Positions 10,573 through 16,650 of a stretch of DNA of 16,650 nt are shown here, piece by piece. A program made the translations under genes and the position numbers. Every line of letters starts with the position of its first letter. Within the stretch, counting starts at the first letter, position 1. The DNA is from Ginkgo biloba (Eukaryota > Plantae > Ginkgophyta), in NCBI GenBank assembly GCA_024626585.2, contig JANKJI020000002.1:18393642-18410291 (forward strand). Direction: 5' to 3'. The notes beneath the pieces are model-generated. The model was not told the origin of the DNA, ran no database searches, and was given only the letters and a program-made list of their open reading frames with translations.

Positions 10573-11527
10573 AGTGACCGCCAAGCCTTAGTTCAACTTG
10601 CAAAACAAGGTAATTAGACCTGCAAAAAAATACTTCGAAATATTCAAGAGAGTGAGGCCACTCTAGTAATGCATTTAGAAATAGAAATTAGCCATAGAAA
10701 AGTAATGTAATGAATACCTATACATAATAGATCATTACACTTGTTAATTTATGTTAGTTGTTAGTAGAATGCATTAGTTTTCAACTTAATAATAAAGGGA
10801 TTGTTAGACTAGGGTCGACTTGCAACAGGGACTCCAACTACCTTTTGTTGGCCATAAGGACCGCCTGTGGGGCTTGACTAATGCACGCAACCAAACCTCT
10901 AGTGCATAAATACAACGTCAACACCTAATAATAGTGACAAGTCTACTATACTCCACCCCACAACCCCACATTAGTAAGGATCCCAAGTGTAGGTCATTTA
11001 GACCTCTCTTTGGCATCAAGATAAACCCTAGATAGCTAGGGTATGTACCCCCCTTTGATAGTTAATGGTTTTAGCCACTAAAACACTAGGGCTACACCAA
11101 TAAACCCTAATCTGAAAAACCCTATTGGTTCAAAATCCACCATGACTACACCAATAGACCATGGGTCATGACTACAACAATATCCCTCCAATTCATAGCT
11201 AAAATTATAGCTACAAACCCTAAAACTAAACCAATAGTTGCAGACCAATAGAAAATGCACAAACATCCATCTAAGACATAGAAAATGCCAATTGCTAGTA
11301 GCCATGCAAGGGCAAACACGAATTCTCATAATGAGGTGCCTTAGTTAAAGGTTGTAAATCTCCCAAAATGTCTCCAATCAAAGCCTACACTACCCTAAAC
11401 ACAGTCGCTAAGGTTTTTGTAATGTAGGAAAAATTCAGAATTTACATGAAAGCATGCATACAACATTTATTATTCATTATTGCACCATAAATACGTGCAA
11501 ACACAACAAATAAGCCCTATGACCTAG
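10573..11527 (-). mobile_element. LTR-like family A copy 3 (inverted, more diverged; 5' end in the N-gap)
   Basis: The reverse complement shares these blocks with copy 1, in order: TATG(G)GTGCA(C)ATAATGAATAAT, CCTAC..AAAACC.TAG, CACTAGAGGTTTGG.TGC, GTCC.TA.GGCC.ACA, CTAACAATCC, TTYTGYAGG and an AAGGC...GTYAC end. The middle instead carries CCAATA-containing repeats (plus-strand reading). Confidence 0.65.
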
Positions 11528-12414
11528 NNNNNNNNNNNNNNNNNNNNNNNNNNNNNNNNNNNNNNNNNNNNNNNNNNNNNNNNNNNNNNNNNNNNNNNNN
11601 NNNNNNNNNNNNNNNNNNNNNNNNNNNCCCTTTTCTCAAAATTGTTTCCATAGTCTTTGCACTTATTCTTCTATTATATTGATGACAACATGTTTTATGT
11701 ACGTGCATATATGCACACATAGACAACCATACAGATGAAGAATGTTTTATCTAGCAGTTAGATGGGTTGCATGCCAACCAGTGATCACATGTTTGATTCA
11801 TGTTTAGGTGCACCACTTCCACAGGCAGGTGTACCTCAAAACAGAAAACCTAGGCCTGTACTGTCTTTCAAAGCTCATACTAAATTGATTTCCTCTTACA
11901 TAGCTGTCAGGACACAATACAAATTGACTACAATTAGTTGCTAGAGATGCCAAACTGCTGTCCCTCCTACATGGGGATGTGACCCTTGTGACTGCTTACA
12001 TAAATCCATACACCTTAACCATCAGCCCATAGCCCTGCTGACAACTGACCATCTTTAAAGCTATTGAAAACAATATTTATAGTCTTTATAGTCTTACAAG
12101 AATATAAATAATAATGTGCTAGCAGTCCCATTATCAGTTTGTCATGTGTAGTTTTACTTTATAGGTTCAAGCCTTGAGAAACATTTTGGTTTATACTTTT
12201 AGGCTCTCTAATTCCTTGAACTCTCTTCAACAAACAAACAAAGAAAATAACAGCTAAAAAAGGCCAGGCCTTGATGAGCCAAAGGGGGTTCAGCACCTAG
12301 AGGGGAGGACATGTGGGTCTACTTCTAAGAGGGACCAAGTGAAAAAGGGCCTATTGCTTTTGTGGGAGGATAATTCCTTCATTCCTTCATTCTACTACTG
12401 TTGAAGTGACATAG

Positions 12415-12850
12415 TGTGCACAATTATCTTACTTTATTTGGATAGAGGCTTTTTACTTAGATTAGCCCAATAAGCTAAAGGATTTTCACCTAAGTTAAGA
12501 TGTCTATATAATGCACAGACACATGCAACTTGTACATGCATGAACATTCAACATGTAAAAATATTTAGTTCTTTTCGTGGAGATTATGGCAAAGTTGATA
12601 AGATAGTTGATAAGGTTGAAGGGAACCATTGTGAAACTATTGAGAGACTAGATGATTATTGTCCGCACACTTATTTGCAAGGCAGTAAGAAATCTACTGA
12701 GTTTCTGTCCGAAATTCTGAGCATAAATATTCTAGTGAATATATTATTGTTTCACGTGTGTGAAAGGAATCTTTGACTTGAAATATTACACTGTTATTCT
12801 TTGAAGAGAGTTTGCTGTCGCAACCATTGCCTGATTTCTCACAGTGCATA
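12415..12850 (+). mobile_element. Putative 5' LTR of a Ty3/gypsy element
   Basis: Inverted termini TGTGCAC...GTGCATA (one C>T from a perfect 7-bp match) and TATATAA at ~12505. It is followed immediately by a PBS-like GGGAATCAGCCAGCAGGATT and then gag-like sequence. Confidence 0.5.
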
Positions 12851-12976
12851 GGGAATCAGCCAGCAGGATTTCATCATCAAGAAGATCTCAAAGAGACGCT
12901 CTTCTCAAAACGCTAGTATCAGATTCAATCACACAAGCAAGTTATACCATGGATCACCACACAATGCTATGCATCA

Positions 12977-13385
12977 ATGCCTAAGAAGAAAATAACGCAG
13001 TTTGACCAAATTCCATACACTTTTCTGAATCTGAGCCAACTGTGACTTTGTAAAGTCATACAAAGAAGTTACAGGATTGGACTTCAGCTGTTGTTGAGGC
13101 ACCAATCAACTATTTGATGAAATGACTCATCAATGGTTCCGCACAAGTCCACTTGGACACACCAAAGCCAGGCTTTGTCTTTGAGTAAGAATCCAAAGTT
13201 GGTTTTCTTCACTTTTACTTTGATAACCTCTATTAAATGGTTCGTACAAGAGTGCAAGACATAGGAGGACAGGATCCATCAAGAAAGTACCACGGACATC
13301 TACTGCCACCGCAAGTCATTTTGTAGTTGCAACACCACCAACTCAAAGTGCAACACTTGCAAGAAATTAAGGTGAAGCTGGAAAT
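12977..13385 (+). pseudogene. Degenerate Ty3/gypsy gag-like region
   Basis: Across frameshifts it reads IPYTFS.SEP..DFVKSYKEV..DW....(Y)L.DEMTHQWFRT, fitting the capsid pattern P..FSG....DF...Y....W....YL.G.A..W. The reading frame is broken. Confidence 0.45.
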
Positions 13386-13485
13386 NNNNNNNNNNNNNNN
13401 NNNNNNNNNNNNNNNNNNNNNNNNNNNNNNNNNNNNNNNNNNNNNNNNNNNNNNNNNNNNNNNNNNNNNNNNNNNNNNNNNNNNN

Positions 13486-13722
13486 AAAGGTTGCTACAAA
13501 TTTTCCAAAATAAGGCTTGAGAATATTATTCATCAATTTCATAAATATAGCTAGAACACTAGTCAATCAAAAGTGCATAACTAGATACTCAAGATGGCCA
13601 TTCCTTATAGTAAAAGTTATCTTCTCTACATCCTTAAGGTGTATACAAATCTGATGATAGCCATTCCTAAAATTTATCTTGGAGAAAATTGTGGCTCCCT
13701 TCATGGTATCCAAAATATCATC
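13486..13722 (-). mobile_element. Ty3/gypsy (chromovirus-type) reverse transcriptase fragment
   Basis: DDILDTMKGATIFSKINFRNGYHQICIHLKDVEKITFTIRNGHLEYLVMHF*LTSVLAIFMKLMNNILKPYFGKFVATF is a decayed FSKIDLRSGYHQIR...VMPFGLTNAPATFM motif. It is cut by the gap just before the [YF]xDD motif. Confidence 0.93.
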
Positions 13723-14940
13723 TGAAATGACCCTAACATATGCTTCTGAATAAATGATTGATATTTCATAGCATGATGAATGATGATGTTATTACAAATG
13801 GGCCACATGGCCTACATATAGGTTACAGAAGGCCAATGGTGCTTGTGGGGAGATACCTCTTCATCACATGACCTTTGACTTAAATACTAATTCCCTATTA
13901 ACTAAGAATTAATAATAATACAAGCCATGATACGAATAATTAATCCTAATTAGGGTCACAATAAAGAGAGTAGATCAATGCAAGATGTGGTCAAGTCCTA
14001 AGCAGTATAAGGCGTTCCCAATGAGTTGATAAGACAATGCTCTACAAGCAAGACTCTTCCTATCCACTTTATCTAGCTCTAGCGACATTTTATCGGTTGA
14101 TAGACACTCTACAATACTAGCATACCACTCAAGAATAATCTCAAATCTAAATAGATTTCCCTTGGGTAAGTCATTGGTGACACCGATTTTGGCTTTGCCT
14201 ATCTCGATGCATGATAACTGGTCGGGAATGTGTTGTGTTCCTAAACACAACCTAAGGCCTAAATAAAGGTTTAGGAGGTAAAATCCTAAAGATAAGGGCT
14301 TAAAAGGCCTAATATTAGCCTAAAATAGCACTATATAAGGGCTTATACCCAAGTGCCCAAGTTTATTTAGCTAAGATGCTCTTGAAAGACCAAAAGACAC
14401 CTCTTAAATGAAGTGATGTGACTCTTGAACCAAGGCACCATATTTTTAAGTATAAAAGGGCCTTATTTCACTCTCTTTTCATCACATTCATCTTTTCTTC
14501 TTCTTTTAGAAGATTTTATTCTTTTTGGGTAGTAATTGNNNNNNNNNNNNNNNNNNNNNNNNNNNNNNNNNNNNNNNNNNNNNNNNNNNNNNNNNNNNNN
14601 NNNNNNNNNNNNNNNNNNNNNNNNNNNNNNNNNNNNNNTTAAGAGAGTTGTAGAGTCTGACACACGAGCGCACGCATATCTACGTCATTCTCATCACCGC
14701 GCACTGTCATGTGCTTTAGGAGCACGCAAATCTGTGTTGAGCCTCTATAACAACATGTGCTTATGTGTTGAGGTATTTCTCATAGACCGTACATTGTTGT
14801 TTCATGAAATTTCACCTATAACTAAGATTCTTCATCATCAAGAGACCTACAATAGTAAGAACAAGATTACCCCCTTGGAAATTGACCAAACGCTTCCCTA
14901 TAAACTCTATTAAAACCTCCAACACCAAGTGGGTACATCA
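13723..14940 (+). mobile_element. LTR-like element, family B (~1.2 kb, spans a 100-N gap)
   Basis: Begins TGAAATGACCC exactly where the RT homology stops, has TATAAAAGG at 14451, and ends GGGTACATCA. The 3' end is homologous to 6951..7132. There is no TSD, and continuity across the gap is unproven. Confidence 0.55.
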
Positions 14941-16640
14941 CAATTCAATCAAGTTTGTGTAGGAGTTCCTTGATATGTGCACTTTTATTGCCAAGTTTAT
15001 GCCGATTTTTTCTTCTCTCTCGACCCCATTACATGGCCTTTTATGTAAACATTCCCAGTTCATTTAGTCGCTTTCTTGTGATACAACCTTTGCTCAATTA
15101 CACATGCCATGACTTCTACGCCAATTCTAGCTCATCCTAATTTTACATGTCCTTTTCTTCTTCGCACAAATTCCTTAAACATTGGCTTCGGTGTTGTCCT
15201 ATTTCAAATATTTGTTGATCCTGCTCTTCACCCCATCACTTACATAAGTCGCTTTCTATCTACCCCTAAGAAATTTTTCCACTAAAAAGAAGTGTCTTGT
15301 TATGGTTTAGGCTTTCAACAAGCTTCATCCCTATTTACATGGCTCTCAAGCTATTGTTAAGATAGATCATTGAACCCCCACCCATCTTTTCTCTAAGAAA
15401 GATCTAAAGTCTCGACTCGCCCATTAGGTCCTAGCTATTTAGGAATATGATTTTCAAATCCACTACTGACTCAACCATTCTGATATTGAAGCTCCTACTT
15501 TATGTCGAGGTTTTCCAGTTGTTGAATCTCCAATGGTTACCTCATCCATTCTTTATTCCATCAATAAATTTTGGCAAGCCCAATCCTAGAATCCTATGAT
15601 TTAACATATAATTCAATAATTGTGCACTTATCCTACACTCCTTCAACTTGTTCTCTTTCGCAACACTACAAGTTGATTGATAATCTCCTTTACTTTATTC
15701 AAAACGACTATACCCTTCATCTTTATGTTCCTTTGACTCTTCATACAAAGTATATGCAAGCTTTCCATGCTCATCCTTCAAATGGTCACATGGATTTTAA
15801 TGAAGTTTTATAAAAACTCTGTGTCTATTTTTCCTAGCCTAAACTTGGTCAAAATTTCTCTAAGTTTCTTTGTTAGTGCCTTTCTTGCATATGTTATTGT
15901 TGGTCCTTTTCCTACCTCCATTATTAGCAATTGGTTCATTATTGTTCCTAGAGAAGACCCCACCCAATGTTTCAAGTCTAAAATTATTCCTTCTTTGGAA
16001 GCTAAAGAAATTTCAAAATTCTTACTTTAAGTTAAATTTCAAATTTGTCCAACCGCATCACAAATTTCACCTCCCATGTTATGGTGGTNNNNNNNNNNNN
16101 NNNNNNNNNNNNNNNNNNNNNNNNNNNNNNNNNNAATGTAATTATTAATCAAATACCATCCATGTATATCAATTCTAAACATTTTGATTGGAACATTTTC
16201 CTGTCCTATGTTTTGTTTGCTTATAATATTTTCATGTAAACTTCCATTTGCATTTCTCCTTTTCTTGATCTTTATGGAAGTAATACAATCTTGCATTTGG
16301 TTGTCAACAATTCATCCTATGCCTCTTTACAATCCTCAACTCCAGCTTGGTATGACCACTTGAGCATTGTGCTAAACCTATTGAGTTTTACTTTNNNNNN
16401 NNNNCAAAATCTCTCTTTGGATCAACGATGGTGAAAGTGTTACCATAATACACATTAGTGTATTCAAAAGCAGCAAGTGGATGACTTGGTGTTGGTTTAC
16501 CGTCCATTTATATAGAGTCAACATTTCAAGAGTTTATTTTAGCATTAGTTGGAACCTTATAGAGTGTTGTGATAACTCATGCCTTTGGCCAATGATTCCA
16601 CTCATGTTTCATGGATGAAAAACTTTCATGAGACACCTAC
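14941..16640 (+). mobile_element. Degenerate Ty3/gypsy pol: RT connection, RNase H, integrase (zinc finger, core, GPY/F region)
   Basis: Connection and RNase H read EFLDMC..KF..FSSLSTPLHGLL and PILAHPNFTCPFLLRTNS.NIGFGVVL...HPITYISR...KCLVMV*AFNKLHPYLHG...IDH...SRLAH*VLAI*EYDFQIHY. The integrase zinc finger and core read FHAHPSNGHM, IVGPFPTS..N.FIIV, LSNRITNFTS and MYINSKHFDWNIFLSYVLFAYN...SPF..LYG. The C-terminus reads VDDLVLVYRP...EPYRVL...THVSWMKNF. Confidence 0.92.
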
Positions 16641-16650
16641 TCCTCTCTAC

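Noticed and set aside
12265-12365. Hammerhead-like TGATGA...GAAA arrangement
   Set aside because: The core is TTGATGA rather than CTGATGA, there is no valid stem II, and there is no NUH cleavage triplet.

Overview
This is eukaryotic land-plant genomic DNA from an AT-rich, TE-rich, gapped short-read scaffold. It has twelve N-gaps, six of them exactly 100 N and so probably of unknown size. The window appears to lie inside a minus-strand LysM receptor-like kinase gene of the LYK3 type. Only two exons are visible: 9835..9764 (Pro-rich extracellular stalk) and 8103..7813 (transmembrane helix plus juxtamembrane region). Both have clean AG/GT sites and splice in frame. The rest is intron filled with decayed mobile DNA: a CACTA/CACTG element end, at least three different Ty3/gypsy pol relics, and several solo-LTR-like units. 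Two observations stand out. (i) Three diverged copies of one ~1.1 kb LTR-like family are present. Two carry a regularly spaced GTTGAAAGGATACCC array, while the third has an unrelated CCAATA array at the same position. (ii) A plus-strand Ty3/gypsy element (LTR-PBS-gag...RNase H-integrase) has motifs that look more like metazoan 412/mdg1-type elements than the usual plant lineages. All assignments are by eye; no searches were run.
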